A DNA stretch of 64,000 nucleotides from positions 22,816,001 through 22,880,000 of the forward strand of contig OZ024764.1 of the NCBI GenBank assembly GCA_964016885.1. Direction: 5' to 3'. The notes under the pieces were generated by a model, which was not told where the DNA came from, did not search any database, and saw only the letters and a list, made by a program, of their open reading frames with translations. Position 1 is the stretch's first letter, and each line of letters begins with the position of its first letter. The stretch comes from Eledone cirrhosa. Its lineage: Eukaryota. Shown here piece by piece: positions 38,144 through 53,567 of the stretch. Made by a program: the position numbers and the translations under genes.

Positions 38144-38899
38144 GGGAAACGACTAGATTTGTAGAAAAAGTAGGGTGAAAGTATACGAAGAGATGTAGTT
38201 TCACAGATCTACTCACACCAAGTTGGGTGGGAAATAATTATTTTTCTTAGATTTTTTTCTAGACCCCTTTTCAATATTTTCTCTGAACCCCTTAGATACT
38301 TGCAATAGACGTTTTATTCCCCAGTATTAGGGTTAGGGTTTCCGTTTTCAGGAAGAAAAGTCGATTGCAAACATCTAAGCGGTCGAGAAAAATCATAAGG
38401 AAAGATAATTATTTCCCAGCCAACTGGAGAAGTGTGTAGCTCTTCTAAACTCTGATAATCCTGTTTCCCACTTCTTTATCTACAAATCTAGTCGTTTCCT
38501 GCTACTTTGAAGACCCTATTTATTGATAACACCACTAGTAAATCTTTGTCAACTTTTCATACGTAAATTGTGAATCAGTTATTTTTAAACAAACTATCAA
38601 AGAAGTGATCTCACAGTAACTGTGTTTGATTTAATCAACTTATTTCCCCAAAACATTGTCGACCTTGTGTCTCAATCAGAAACTATTATAAGATCTTAAA
38701 TCAACCTCGTAAAGATGAAGGGCAAAGCTAACCTCGGCGGGATTTCAACCCTTTGTTATGAGTTCAAATCCCACCAAAGTTAACTTTGTCTTTCATTCTA
38801 AAGGAGTGGATAAATTAAAGTTCCAGTAATCTACTGGGGTCTGAGATATTAAGGTTTGAGTAAATTCTATCTTTTTGTGTGTTTGTATTTATAATCTTA

Positions 38900-39056
38900 C
38901 TAGAACACCTGTGACCTGTTGGGTCACGTTCCCTTTAAAAATAATATTTAAATAATTAAAATGTACACAGACATGTATATAATGTAAAATGAAATTAGTA
39001 GGCCGATGTATATATATATATATATATATATGCGTGTGTGTGTATATATATATATA

Positions 39057-39092
<36 letters not shown>

Positions 39093-39360
39093 CACACACG
39101 TCACTTGTTATAATTTTATAACTTTGTTCAACAGCACCACCAGCTATCTCTCTCACACACACCCATTATCTTTCTCTCTCTATTTATAAAGGTGCCAGAA
39201 AAACCCCATATCTCGGGAACCTGTGCATTGATTTACGTGAAACTTATTTTATCCCATCTGTATTCCCATTTCAGGGTCAACTTCCTTTCAAACTATTTTC
39301 CCGTTATGCCCCGTTTTGGCTGTATTACATTACAGACAAGACACAATCACAGAGTTTTAG
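38900..39360 (-). mobile_element. Helitron-like H1 copy (no RTE insertion)
   Basis: CTAG end at 38900. Represents the empty site for the RTE at 19910. Confidence 0.7.
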
Positions 39361-39649
39361 GTTTATAATGTTATAGTATCATGATAGGGTAATACAGTTA
39401 TTTATAGACCTGTGGTAAATGTTGGTTCAGCCCACCCTGGGGGGTGTAAGTGTTTTATCAGTCTACCCTGAGAGGTGTCAGTGTTGGTCAATGATAACCT
39501 TTATAACTAGAGGCCTGTTGGTGAGGACAAGCTGGAAGTGGTGACATCTTTCTGCTACCTGCGTGACATGTTAGCTGGAAGTGGAGCCAAGTTCACTGCC
39601 ATCGTGCTGTGCCACTCCACAGGTAACAAGTTTAGGCAGCTTCTCCTTG

Positions 39650-40756
39650 CACTGCCTTGCAATGTGGATCACCGCACATCTCTGATCTCCCCATCGCAGG
39701 ACATTGGCACACCTTCTACTCTCAGATTCCCTGCATGTTAAGTAAACCTGACATCTAGCTTCTCTCTTAGCGGCTGTGTATCGGTCTCTACCTCTACCAT
39801 TTTTCCAAGCCTTTTGTCTCTAATGGCTCTATCTACCGTGCTGTTCCACCACCAGATCACCATCTGTCTGGTTGGAGCTCTGCTCCAGCCACAAGTTTCT
39901 TCAGTAACCTGCAGTAAGTTGTCACGTAAGAAATTCCAGTTATCGTCCATGTCATAGGACTCTAAATCGTTTTCTTTTTCGCCATACACATCTTGAAGGG
40001 CTTTCCTAAATTTATATTTTAGTGAAAGGTCTTTTAGTTTCCAGACCTTCCTTTTTCACACTTTCTTGTATGTCTCTCTTTGTCTCTTGCTTACTGAGAT
40101 GTCACTAACGACTAACCTATGTTGGGGGGGTACATTGTTCCCTGGGGTATGCCTTAATATTTGACACCATCTGTCTCTCTTGCTACTTAACTAGCAAGAA
40201 GTCAATCTGTCTCATGTGCTCACCTGCTTGGTAGGTTATTAGGTGGTTGGTAGGTTTCTTGAAGTGTTGCAAATGGTTAGTTCACTTGCATCACAAAATA
40301 CAAGAAGCCTCACTCTTTCTTCGTTTCTTGAGCCATAACCATGACCACCATGTACCCCAGTATATCCATCCTCGAACATGACCATTGAAGTCCCCTGCTA
40401 TTATAACTAGGTCTCTGTCATTGTGGTTATCTCTACTTATTCTTTTTCTACATATGGAGCAGGGCTACTTTCCTGAAGGGGTCAGGGTCTTCTCTCCTAT
40501 CCATTAGCACTTTAGTTTTGGCTAAGTATATTCTCAGAACTTACCATTTCAAATTCTATATCTATAGCTGGTCATCTACATAGAGAAGTTTCCATAGACA
40601 GCCAGTCTTAAACCTCTCTGTTATGGCTTGGAGAACTATGATGAACAAGTGGGCTAAGAACTAAACCATGATGAACTCCTACCTGTACCTTCAATTCCTC
40701 ACTAATCACACTTTACTGACAGCTTCTCACAAGCCATTCTTCTACACCTAATTTCC
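39650..40756 (-). mobile_element. Decayed RTE, with about 1.8 kb deleted relative to the ZNF-B unit
   Basis: Junction near 39647 joins sequence equivalent to 23368 and 25132. Confidence 0.82.
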
Positions 40757-40968
40757 TTAACCCTTTAGTATATAAACTGGCCATATCTGGCCAGAATTGT
40801 CTCATGTCTTTCTATTCAAACTGGCCGTAACTGGTCACTTATACTTATGTTAAGGTATTGTTCTCAAAATAAGTAACATCAAAATCTCATAGATTTGATA
40901 TTATGAGTGATAAAGCATTTACTGTGAAAATATAATAGTAAATATAGAGTAATGTGAATACTAAAGGG

Positions 40969-41501
40969 TTAATCTGATGTCACTAATAACTACTTTTATC
41001 AGTCAGTATAATCTAATGTCACTAATAACTACTTTTATCTGTCAGTTTAATCTAATGTCACTAATAACTACTTTTATCAGTCAGTATAATCTAATGTCAC
41101 TAATAACTACTTTTATCAGTCAGTTTAATCTAATGTCACTAATAACTACTTTTATCAGTCAGTTTAATCTAATGTCACTAATAACTACTTTTATCAGTCA
41201 GTTTAATCTAATGCCACTAATAACTACTTTTATCAGTCAGTTTAATCTAATGTCACTAATAACTACTTTTATCAGTCAGTTTAATCTACTGCCACTAATA
41301 ACTACTTTTATCAGTCAGTTTAATCTAATGTCACTAATAACTACTTTTATCAGTCAGTTTAATCTAATGTCACTAATAACTACTTTTATCAGTCAGTTTA
41401 ATCTAATGTCACTAATAACTACTTTTATCAGTCAGTTTAATCTACTGCCACTAATAACTACTTTTATCAGTCTGTTTAATCTACTTCCACTAATAACTAA
41501 C
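40969..41501. repeat. 39-bp tandem repeat, about 13.5 copies
   Basis: Same unit as at 26458. Confidence 0.95.
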
Positions 41502-41836
41502 CTATGTTAGTCAGCACATTCTTCACCAAAGAAGGCCTTAGTATTTATTACAGTCCATTTATCAATATAGAAATATTATATGAAATTTGTACTGATGTAT
41601 TACAAGTTTCTCAGTATCTTATAATGTTCTTTTATTATTTCAGAATACCAGAGGACATTGGCATTAAAGAGCACGTTACATCAGACATATCCTCAACATT
41701 AACCATTTCTAATGAAAGACACTACCCATCATTTTCAAATAATTTTGAAAACACTCAATACTTTGAAGTGATTTAGTAATATAACTAAATTTCTCAGTAT
41801 TAAGCTGTGAATTATGTGAGAAACTGAGGTGATTGA

Positions 41837-42967
<1,131 letters not shown>

Positions 42968-44150
42968 CTGTATCAATATCAAACTCATTACTACAACAAC
43001 AACAACAATTGTGTAGATCCATCATCCTGGCTAAAACTGGGGATAACCTTGTAGGTTTTACCTATGACAAGGATCATAAAGACCCGGTTTCCATTTTTGA
43101 AGCAGTGTTTGAAGATTTTGTGTAAATTAAAGTTTTTCACATCAAACTTTGATTTATTATACTTTAACAGGTAAGATATATATTTGTATTTTTAGTAAAG
43201 GTTGGGAACTTCTGTAATTTAAACCTGCCAATAAAATGAAAACTTTTGTTGTTGCTAGTCTGACATTGATATTAATTCTATTGTCCTGTACATTGTCTCA
43301 AATATCACAGATTAAACAGATTTTAACAATAACAACAGAAATCAATAACTTGTAAGCCTAATATCTAGCTTCCATTTTAACTATTTGATATTGTTGTTCC
43401 CCTCCTGTCTCTTCAGGTCTTTTAGATTTCAACTTCTATCTACTGTACTATTCCATCACCAAGGCAACATTCATCTGGCTGGCAGCTTACATCAACTCCA
43501 GATCTCATCAGTGGTTCACAACAGGCTGTCTGAAAGAAACTTCCAGATATCTTCTATGTCATAGCTATCAATCTCCTCCTCCTTATCATATGTACCACTC
43601 TCACAGTCCCTCTAGATCTTATATTTAAGAGGGAGATCTTTTACTGTCCCTACTCTTTTCTCTAGGTTGTCTTGTGCCTCTCTCACAGTCCCTATATATC
43701 TTATATTTAACAGGGAGATCTTTTACTATCCCTACCCTTTTCTCTAGATTTTCTTGTATCTCTTTCACAGTCCCTGTAGATCTTATATTTAACAGGGAGA
43801 TCTTTTACTCTCCAACCCTTCTACAGATAGTCTTGTATATGTCATTCCCTCTAGGTCTTACACCTCGTATCTAGTCTATGTTGAGTGGTACGTCCTTCTC
43901 CAGTAAAGGAGTTAATATTCCCAACCATCTGTCTATCCTGTTTTCTGATGAGAATGAAGTCAATCTAGTTTATCTCTTCACCTGATTGAAGTAACTAGAT
44001 CAAGTAACTAGATGGTTTCCTGTAAGTTAGTGTTGCAGTGTTTGTGTCACCATGTAAGGTTTATATCTATTAATATAGAGATGTAGTAAAGTTTTCACTG
44101 TTGTATCTCTACTTTCTAAATATCTTAATAATGTTTCTCTACTATTTCAG

Positions 44151-44540
44151 AATATCACATGACCTTGACAGAAAAGAGTCTTTTAAAGACAACAGAAAGA
44201 TGTTACATACAAGTGATATAAACTTGTTTAGTCTGTGGTGAATTATGGTGAAATATTTCTTCTGAATTGAGATAGATAACAATATTTTCCTTTTTCACTG
44301 TCTGGAATATTTACAAGATGATTTTACATTCTGATTAAACTTTGGATATTTACAAAGGAGTTTTCAAAATATTGGATATTGACAAAGATCACATTTGATA
44401 AAAATTATGAACAATAGAAATATTTACATCAACATAGGAATATTTTCCAGAAGAGATGGGAAAATCATTATACCACTGTAATATTTGTGGTAAAGTATTC
44501 TCTATTCTTTATATGTAGAACATCTAACTAAACACTTTAA
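44151..44540 (+). pseudogene. Relic ZNF exon copy
   Basis: Duplicate of 1632-2015. Confidence 0.7.
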
Positions 44541-44646
44541 TTAACAAACTATTGTGCTATAAAATTGACAAACTTGAGCAATGTTTAATAAATGTTACAG
44601 ATTTCTCCAAACTGTCGTTTACTAACTTTAATTTGAAGCTATATTA

Positions 44647-45003
44647 TCTATATACTACTAAAACTCTGTAATTGTGTCTTGTCTAATTTAATACAGCCTA
44701 CACTGCATAATGGGGAAATACTTTGAAAGGAATAAAACAATTTTTGTATAAATTGGAGCACAGGTTCCCAAGATACAAGGTTTTCTGGGTACCTTGATAT
44801 ATATAGGGAGAGAAAGAGATAGTGGTTGTGAGAGTGAGGAGACAGATGGAAGAGAGAGAGAGCTGGTGGTGTTGTTTAATGAAATGTGTGTGTGTGTATA
44901 TATATACGTATGTGTATATTTTAACTATTTAAAAACTATTTTAAAATGACTTTTAAAAAATAGTTTTAAGGGAACGTGACCCAACAGGTCCCGGGTGGTC
45001 TAG
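44647..45003 (+). mobile_element. Helitron-like H1 copy
   Basis: Duplicate of 2123-2483. Confidence 0.7.
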
Positions 45004-45609
45004 TTTGTTACTAAATACTAGATATTAGAGGGTCATGTTGTTCTAGATGTGCTGGAAGAGCCGTTCCATCTTGTGAGGCTCACACCAGCAGCTAGCCACC
45101 TCAGCACCTATGGTGGTATATTTATTATATTATTTATTCTTTATCATTAACATTAATTTAAAAGATAATTATATATTTTTAGAGAAGAACCTCTAATTTC
45201 ATATAGCTTAGGGCTTCAGTAGGTAAAAGTCTGGCCCTGCTTGTCTTGTATTTTTTAGGGGAGAAGTTAGGGAATACTGTTATTGTGTGAAAGTTTTCTA
45301 AATCTTCTTCAGCCACTAACATGGAGAAGATATTTCAGTAAGAAGGTTCACATCCTGACATCTATAGCTGTTAACAAGGAGATTGGAATTCATTATTAAA
45401 CAAATGTTATATCATCATCACTGTTTAACATCAGTTTTTTCACGCTGGCATGGGTTAGACGAGTTATCCTGTTGTAAGCATTGCCAGGTCAGGTGACCAC
45501 GTGTTGCTCCTACAGAACAAATTTTGGATTGGTTTCTACAGCTGGATGCCCTTCCTAGCACCAACCTTATTTACATTGAGTACTGGGTGCATTTTACCAT
45601 CTCACCATC

Positions 45610-46160
45610 ACGACCACTTTACAGTGTGGGCTGGGTGCTTTTTGTTGTGACACCTATATAACCACTTTACAGTGTGGGCTGGGTGCTTTTTGTTGTGACA
45701 CCTACATGACCACTTTAAAGTTTTGACTGGGTGCTTTTTGTCGTGACACCTACATGACCACTTTATAGTGTGGGCTGGGTGCTTTTTGCCGTGACACCTA
45801 CGCAACCGCTCTACAGTGTGGGCTGGTTTCTTTTTGTCATATCACTTACATAACCGCCTTATAGTGTTGGCTGTGTGTTCTTTGCAGTGTGGGCTGGTTT
45901 CTTTTTGTCATATCACCTACATGACCACCTTATAATGTTTACTGTGTGTTCTTTGCAGTCTAGGCTGGTTTCTTTTTGTCATATCACCTCCATGACCACC
46001 TTATAATGTTTACTGTGTGTTCTTTGCAGTGTGGGCTGGTTTCTTTTTGTCATATCACCTACATGACCACCTTATAATGTTGACTGTGTGTTCTTTACAG
46101 TGTGGGTTGGGTGCTTTTTGTCATATCACCTACCCAACCACTTTGCAGTGTGGGCAGTGA
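45610..46160. repeat. 48-bp repeat array grading into a longer variant unit (about 70 bp)
   Basis: Same unit as at 3091, with an expanded variant at 45830-46130. Confidence 0.82.
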
Positions 46161-46990
46161 AATATCAGTAATGCACCAGCTCCAATATTCAGTAATCAGA
46201 AGAAGGGAGGTAGGCATAAAAGCCAAACTTGCTGTCTTCAATTAGGTTTTTGTGCCAACCCTTACCTATGGTCACATATCTTGGGTAATGACCAAAAGAA
46301 TATGATTGGGAATACAAATGGCAGATATGGGATTTCTCTGAAGGGTCTTTGAAGGAACGTTTCTCAATAAAGTGCATAGCTCTGAGATCAGAGAGTCACT
46401 CCAGGTGGAGCTGTTACTTCTCCGAATTGAGAGATCATAGCTGCAATACTATAGCCATGTGGTTAGAATGTCTGAAGAAAGAATCACTGGATAGATTTTA
46501 CAGGCTAAACTAACCGGCAGGAGACCCAGGGGTAGACCTGAGCAAGATGGTCACATAACATCCATGAGCTTGGCTGGTCTCTCTGGGAGATCCAGCCAGA
46601 TCAGTTGGAGTGGGTTGCTTCTGACAGGACCTGTTGAAGGGAGTGTTTGAGGACTCTGCCCCCAAGACCCTCTCTGGAATGACTGGATTAATAAGAAGAG
46701 GTTGAGGTTACATAATCAACATCAGATTTCCCTGCTAGCAAGGGTTTAATGAGTCTACTTCAACCAAGTAAGTACTGAAGTGAGGCTACTGATCTCCCAG
46801 ACAGACCAAGGATCTGAGACTTATTTACATAAGGTCTCATTTGCTACTGAGTGCACAGAAAAGGTTGTCATGTTTTTGTCATGATTGAAGGGTTCTCCAA
46901 CACTATTGTCGGGCAAGCTTTCTATGGCTAGATGTCGTTCACATGACCAACCACATTACAGCCTGTGTTGGGTCTGTTTATCATGTAGGT

Positions 46991-48640
46991 GAGGCATAAC
47001 AAACTGAGGGTTCCCCAAGGGCCACATAGGTCACATGTGTTGTCTGAGGGTTGCACACTACAACTAATTATGCTCACGACAACTAATTAAAGTCATTTAA
47101 TAAAATTTAATATAGAAAGATTTGTTACTTAAATTTAGAAACATACAATGTACATACAAATGTTTTAGCAGCATTCATGAATACAAAGTAATGAAGTAGT
47201 TTGATAAAAAACTAAAATTTCACATGTCAACATATACTTGCAGATTGTAACAGCAACAAATACATTGTACACAAATAACAACAGTTGAAAACTGAACATT
47301 TATTTGCTACTATTCAACCATTTTTAGTGTTTTGTCCTGAGGCTTGACACTTCTTTCTGTTGACTATTTTTGGTATATCTGGCTGAAATGTCTGTACAGT
47401 TCCAACTTTAATCAGAAATGACAAGTGTTGATCTGTCAGCCTTGTTCTCTGAGAAGTTTTTGTTAAGCTAAGTACAGACTCAGTATGGGCAGTGATTTTC
47501 AGCTCTTTGCACATAAGAAAATGAATTAAATTTTCATCTGACAACGGAGACTTCCATAAGCTAAGTTTTCTAATGAAGAACTTGATGTCATCATACAACT
47601 GAGTGATGGGTTTGTTTTTACCTTGTAATTTCAAATTAAGGTCAGTTAATTGTGCAGTAATATCCACAAATAAAGCCAGATGTTGGAGCCAACTTTCATC
47701 TTTTATTTCATCTGTGTTTTGACTTTTCATCTCCAAAAACATAATTATTTCAGCACTTTGTGACATGTCAACCAGCAGACTTCTGTGTAGAATGGAACAT
47801 CGGTGAACTGATTATCCATATCTTCCAACAACTGGCTGAACTGACGGTGGTTGAGAGCATGGCCTCTGATTTAGTTCACTGTCTTTGTGACCAAGCTAAG
47901 CACATGATGCAATTTTAAAATCTTTGAACATAAATTTTGCTCATGAATAATACAGTGAAAATGTGCAAATCATGAATCTAGATATGAGTTTTCTATTTTT
48001 GTTTGTAACTTGGCAGCAACACCATTATGTCTACCAACCATATTTGCAGCACTGTCAGTAGATAAACATGCAAGTTTACTCAGATCAAAACCATGCAGAC
48101 CCTGCTTGACCTTCTCAAAGATGTCCTGGCTTGTTATAGTGTCATGCATGGGGACCTGTTCAATCAGTTCTTCATAAATATTAAATTCACTGTCACAGGC
48201 CCTGATGAAGAATGCAAGCTGTACTATTCCAGTGATGTCAACAGTCTCTTCAATAGCAATAGAAACATGTTCAAACCTTGATGATACAGCCTTTAACTGT
48301 TGTTTCAGATCACCTGACATTTCATTAATCTGTTCAGCAACAGTGTTCCTGGTTAATGAAATGTCTTTGAATAACTCTGCTTTCTCCGGACAGTTTCAGC
48401 TGTCTTTACAAGACATTGCTTTACAAAATCTCCTTTACTGTAAGATTTCCCACTCATGGCAATTATTCAACTGAGTTCATAGTTTGCAGTAATGGAAGTG
48501 ACATCCTCTTCCTGAATTAACATAAAACAGGTCTGTTGCTGTGTCAAGTTAGACTTCAATTCCTTGAGTCTTGAAACACACATTGGGCCTTCATATTTAT
48601 CGTAAGATCGATGGTTTGTTTCATAATGTCTTTTTAAATT
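46991..48640 (-). mobile_element. hAT transposon copy, truncated at 48640
   Basis: Matches 33211-34860, then stops abruptly. Confidence 0.88.
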
Positions 48641-49562
48641 TAAAAATTATTTTTAAATAACTTAAAAGATAATTTTAAGGCAACGTGACCCAACAGGTCG
48701 CGGGTGGTCTAGTTTGTTACTAAATACTAGATATTAGAGGGTCATGTTCTAGATGTGCTGGAAGAGCTATTCTATCTCGTGAGGCTCACACCAGCAGCTA
48801 GCCACCTCAGCACCTATGGTGGTATATTTATTATATTAATTATTCTTTATCATTAACATTAATATAACAGATAATTATATATTTTTAGAGAAGAACCTCT
48901 AACTTCATATAGCTCAGGGCTTCAGTAGGTAAAAGTCTGGCCCTGCTTGTCTTGTATTTTTTAGGGGAGAAGTTAGGGAATACGGTTATTGTGTGAAAGT
49001 TTTCTAAATCTTCTTCAGCCACTAACATGGAGAAGATATTTCAGTAAAAAGGTTCACATCCTGACATCTATAGCTGTTAACAATGAGATTGGAATTCATT
49101 ATTAAACAAATGTTATATCATCATCACTGTTTTACATCAGTTTTTTCACGCTGGCATGGGTTAGACGAGTTATCCTGTTGTAAGCATTGCCAGGTCAGGT
49201 GATCACGTGTTGCTCCTACAGAACAAATTTTGGATTGGTTTCTACAGCTGGATGCCCTTCCTAGCACCAACCTTATTTACATTGAGTACTGGGTGCTTTT
49301 TACTATCTCACCAACTCGACCACTTTACAGTGAGAACTGGGTACTTTTTATCGTGACACCTACAGTACCACTTTACAGGGTGGACTGGGTACTTTTTGCC
49401 ATGACACCAATGTGACCACTTTACAGTGTGGATTGGGTACTTTTTGTCATGACACCTACACAACCTCTTTACAGTGTTGGCAGTGAAATCTAATGCGCCA
49501 GCTTCAGTAATCAGAAGATACATATACACACACACAAACAGAAATATATATATATATATATT

Positions 49563-51627
49563 CAGTGGTACCTTGACTTACAAGTGTCCCAACTAATAAG
49601 TTTTTCGAGATACGAGCCCTCTTTCGGCTGATTTTTTGCGTTGAGTTCCAGAGTAAAATTCAGGTTACGAGTCAGCTTCAGATGCCCCGCCACTAGTTGG
49701 CATAGTGACCGCCACAGGCAATACCGTAACACCCGCCCGGCATCCCATGGCTTCGAAAGAAAGTGAGGGCGAAGGACAGTTCTGAGAAGAAGAAGCGGAT
49801 GATGTGTATTGAATTAAAGAAAGAAATTATAGAAAAACATGACCAAGGTGTGTGTGTAGTGGACTTGGTGAAGCAGTACGAGCGTAGCACTTCTATGATA
49901 TGTACCATACTGAAGTAGAAGGACTTGATAAAGGCTATAACCCCAGCTAAGGGTGGTAAAAGAATTTGTAAACAGCGGACATCTATCCATGAAAATATGG
50001 AAAAGCTGCTGATGGTGTGGTTGACGGAGAAGCAGCTCGCAAGAGATACCGTGATGAAGATTATAATATGTGAGAAGGCACGAGCTATTTACGCTGATTT
50101 GCTGCAGCAGACCCCAGGTACTTCTACGGACGAGGCATCGGCAAGCCCTTTAATGCCAGTCGGGGTTGGTTTGAGAATTTTAAAAAGAGGACCGGCATTC
50201 ACTCCGTTGTCAGGCATGGTGAGGCAGCGAGCGCGGATATGAAGGCAGCTGAGGATTACCTCAAAACCTTTGTCAGAATTATAGCAGCCGAAGGATACAT
50301 CCCTCAGCAAGTCTTTAACTGTGATGAAACAGGACTTTTTTGGAAGAAGATACCAAAAAGGACTTATATAACGGCAGAGGAGAAGAGGATGCCTGGCCAC
50401 AAACCCATGAAGGATAGGCTAACCCCTGCACTGTGCCTATGCGAGCGGTGACTGTAAGATTAAGTCGCTGCTCGTTTATCATTCAGAAAACTCCAGAACC
50501 TTTAAGTCACATAAGATTCTGAAAGAAAAACTGCAGGTTTTGTGGAGGGCAAACCCGAGGTCATGGGTCACCAGGTAGTTCTTTGTGGAGTGGGTGAATT
50601 TGGTCTTTGGTCCTGACGTTAAAAAATATCTCCAGGAAAATAACCTACCCCTGAAAACCCTTCTTGTCCTACATAATGCACCTGCTCACCAACCCACCCT
50701 CGAAGAGTTCAAGTTTATAAAGGTCCTCTACCTTTCACCAAACACCACCCCTATCCTACAGACCAAGGACCAGCAGGTACTTTCTAATTTCAAGAAGCTC
50801 TTCACCAAGCACCTGTTCAGTCGCTGCTTTGAAGTGACGGAGAGCACAAACTTCACCCTTGAGAGGTCTGGAAGGACCATTATAACATCGTGATATGCCT
50901 CAGAATTATCGATATGACATGGCAGGGTCTTACAAAGAGGACCTTGACCTCTACATGGAAGAAGCTGAGGCCTGAAGTTGTGTCTATAACAGACTTTGAA
51001 GGACTCGAACCCGAAGCGGCAGTGGTGGAGGAGATTGTACGCCTCGGTAAGTCCATGGGCCTGGACATGGATGAAGGTGACATCAACGTATTCATCGAGG
51101 AACTGACAACGAAGGAATTAAAGGAGCTACAGACACAGCAACACACGGAGTTTTTGCAGGAAATAGGTGACACAGAGGAGGTTATCTCAACAAGTGAGAT
51201 GAAACAAACCTCATTAGACAGGTTTTTATCGAAAATCCCTGCAGATAAAAGTGAGGAACGCGTTGCGAAAAGGGCAAAAATCAGCGAATAAGATTCAGTT
51301 ATTCAGTTCATTCTTTCTCCTCCGTCAACATCCTCAAGTCGTCTGATCTCCAAGATAGATGCTGTACATTATACTTAATAAAACTAGTTTGTTGCAGTAC
51401 ATTCTATTGTATTGTTTTTTTATATACAATATTTGTTATTTATAAGTACATTTTTCTTATTTAAAAACACGTAACAAAACAAACTATGGTTTTTGTGGTC
51501 TGGAACGGATTAACGGCATTTTAATTTATTTCAGTGGGGAAAATTGATTTGACATACAAGTAATTTAAGTTACGAGGTCCTACACGGAACAAATTAAATT
51601 AAACTCGTAAGTCAAGGTACCACACTG
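49563..51627 (+). mobile_element. Tigger/pogo DNA transposon (TIGD1-like transposase pseudogene)
   Basis: TIRs CAGTGGTACCTTGACTTAC / GTAAGTCAAGGTACCAC(AC)TG within (TA)n. CENP-B-type HTH (IELKKEIIEKHDQG), QVFNCDETGLFWKK and LVLHNAPAH, with frameshifts. Confidence 0.93.
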
Positions 51628-51644
51628 TATATATATATACGAAG

Positions 51645-51815
51645 GAACGATCGACTTTCGTCAAATCGGACTAAGGAAGCAATGTTTCCATTGGTCTTTC
51701 CAATTGCTAGTACTAACGGTCGCAACTCCAAGTAGAAGGAACAACGTGAAATAAAGTGTCTTGCTCAAGGACATAACGCATCGCCTGGTCCAGGAAGCGA
51801 ACTCACAACCTCAAG
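51645..51815 (-). mobile_element. tRNA-derived SINE, 5'-truncated, opposite orientation to the 7073 and 36059 copies
   Basis: Reverse complement of about 7113-7283. Confidence 0.75.
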
Positions 51816-52920
51816 ATATATATATATATAGTTAAATATTAGACAGGAACAAAAAACAGAGGCAGTGCAAATGGTAGTTTATACCGAGAGAGAGACAGAC
51901 AAACACATCTAAACCTCTACTAATGTAAAACATAAAACATATGTAAGGGGAGACAACTCTCATTACATCCCCCTCTTCTTTTTGACATACATTCTTTAGA
52001 TACTTTGTACAATGGAATCTACTTTATTTTGTGTCCTAAGTAGATTTCTGTTTAAGTATTTACGAGATTCACAATGATTCACGTAACCAAGTTACTTACA
52101 TAGAGATATATTTCACATAGAATCACAACAAATGAAAATATTAAGTCAACACTCTGTCAATCAGTCTCGCATCACATGGGGTGCCGGAGTCTCCCTCTAA
52201 TACTTTCTGAGACAGTCTTACCTCGAGTGATAGCAAGGCTAAGATGTTGGAACTACCAAACACCCTCATATGTATCACCTGACACCTCGGTAAGGAGAGC
52301 TGCCAACGATAACAAGAACCTCGTTGTCAGGGACCTATCTCCTCCAAACTTCTCCAACACCACAGACTAGAATATTCTACTCTTTATTCCCTATCAAATA
52401 TATTTCAGTCTAGTCATTTATCTTGTATCTTGTATATGTATTTTCAAAACTAACTGTCACATTTGTGAGACCCCAGTTAGTGATGTTTTCGTCTCCATCC
52501 TACATCCTACATGCTGTAGTAAAAGTGAGGGTCACTGCTTCTGTAGACGAACGAAATAAAAGTTAAACTACCAGTAATTATCGGCAAAGTATTTATTCCA
52601 GTCTGTGATGGTTGAGAAGCTGGGCTGCTGACAACGAAGTTGTGGTCACTGTTGGCGGCTGGCTTTACCGAAGTACCCGATGACTCTTGTGAGGGTACTT
52701 AGCTGTTCTGGCGGTTTAGCCTCCATGACATGATTTTACTGAGATACCCGGTGATCTCTGTCAGGGTACTTAGCTGTTCTGGCGGTTTAGCCTCCATATG
52801 ACCCGATCTTACCGAGATACCCGGTGATCTCTGTCAGGGTACTTAGCTGTTCTGGCAACTTAGCCCCCATATGACCCGATTTACCGAAGTACCCGGTGAT
52901 CTCTGTAAGAGTACTTAGCT

Positions 52921-53567
52921 GGGCATAGGTTAAGTTTTACGTCCTCGAAAATGAAACTAGGTTTTCTGACAAGTGAATGTGTTTTTTTTTTTTTCCAATG
53001 AAATTTACGATACACTCTTTGTTTATTTACAACAGGTCTCTATAGTGATATGGTGTTAATTAGTATTGCGTGTGTGATTATTTTCTCTTATATATATATG
53101 TGTGGGTGTGTATATGTGTGTATATATATGTGTGTCTGTATGTATATATATATATGTGTTTGTATATATATATGTGTTTGTGTCATCATCATCGTTTACA
53201 TGTTTTTACCCAAATCCCTTATCATTCTCTGTCCTTATGACCCGGCCTTAATTTGTTTATAGTTGGTGCCAACTTTGGCAAGATATTACAAAAACATCTA
53301 AACGATGATGATGACACAAACACATATATATATACAAACACACACATATATATATATACATACAGACACACATATACACAGCCACACATATATATATAAG
53401 AAATAATAATCACACACGCAATACTAATTAACACCATATCACTATAGAGACCTGTTGTAAATAAACAAAGAGTGTATCGTAAATTTCATTGTAAAAAAAC
53501 AAAAAACACATTCACTTGTCAGAAAACCTAGTTTCATTTTCGAGGACGTAAAACTTAACCTATGCCC
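52921..53567. mobile_element. Foldback element with arms of about 280 bp, GGG..CCC ends and 6-bp TSD TTAGCT
   Basis: 52921-53207 versus 53290-53567. The empty sites at 8161-8180 and 37153-37172 contain a single ttagct. Confidence 0.9.

Noticed and set aside
29274-39370. Haplotype or assembly duplication of 214-10150
   Set aside because: The copies differ by many SNPs, indels, VNTR lengths, TE insertions and finger arrays, which is more consistent with true paralogues. Read depth was not checked.
40977-41510. 177-aa repetitive ORF (MSLITTFISQFNL)n, also at 26466 and 58965
   Set aside because: It is a by-product of a 39-bp stop-free minisatellite derived from antisense RTE, with no evidence of coding constraint.
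49747-51291. Domesticated TIGD1 gene
   Set aside because: It has multiple stops and frameshifts and retains TIRs.
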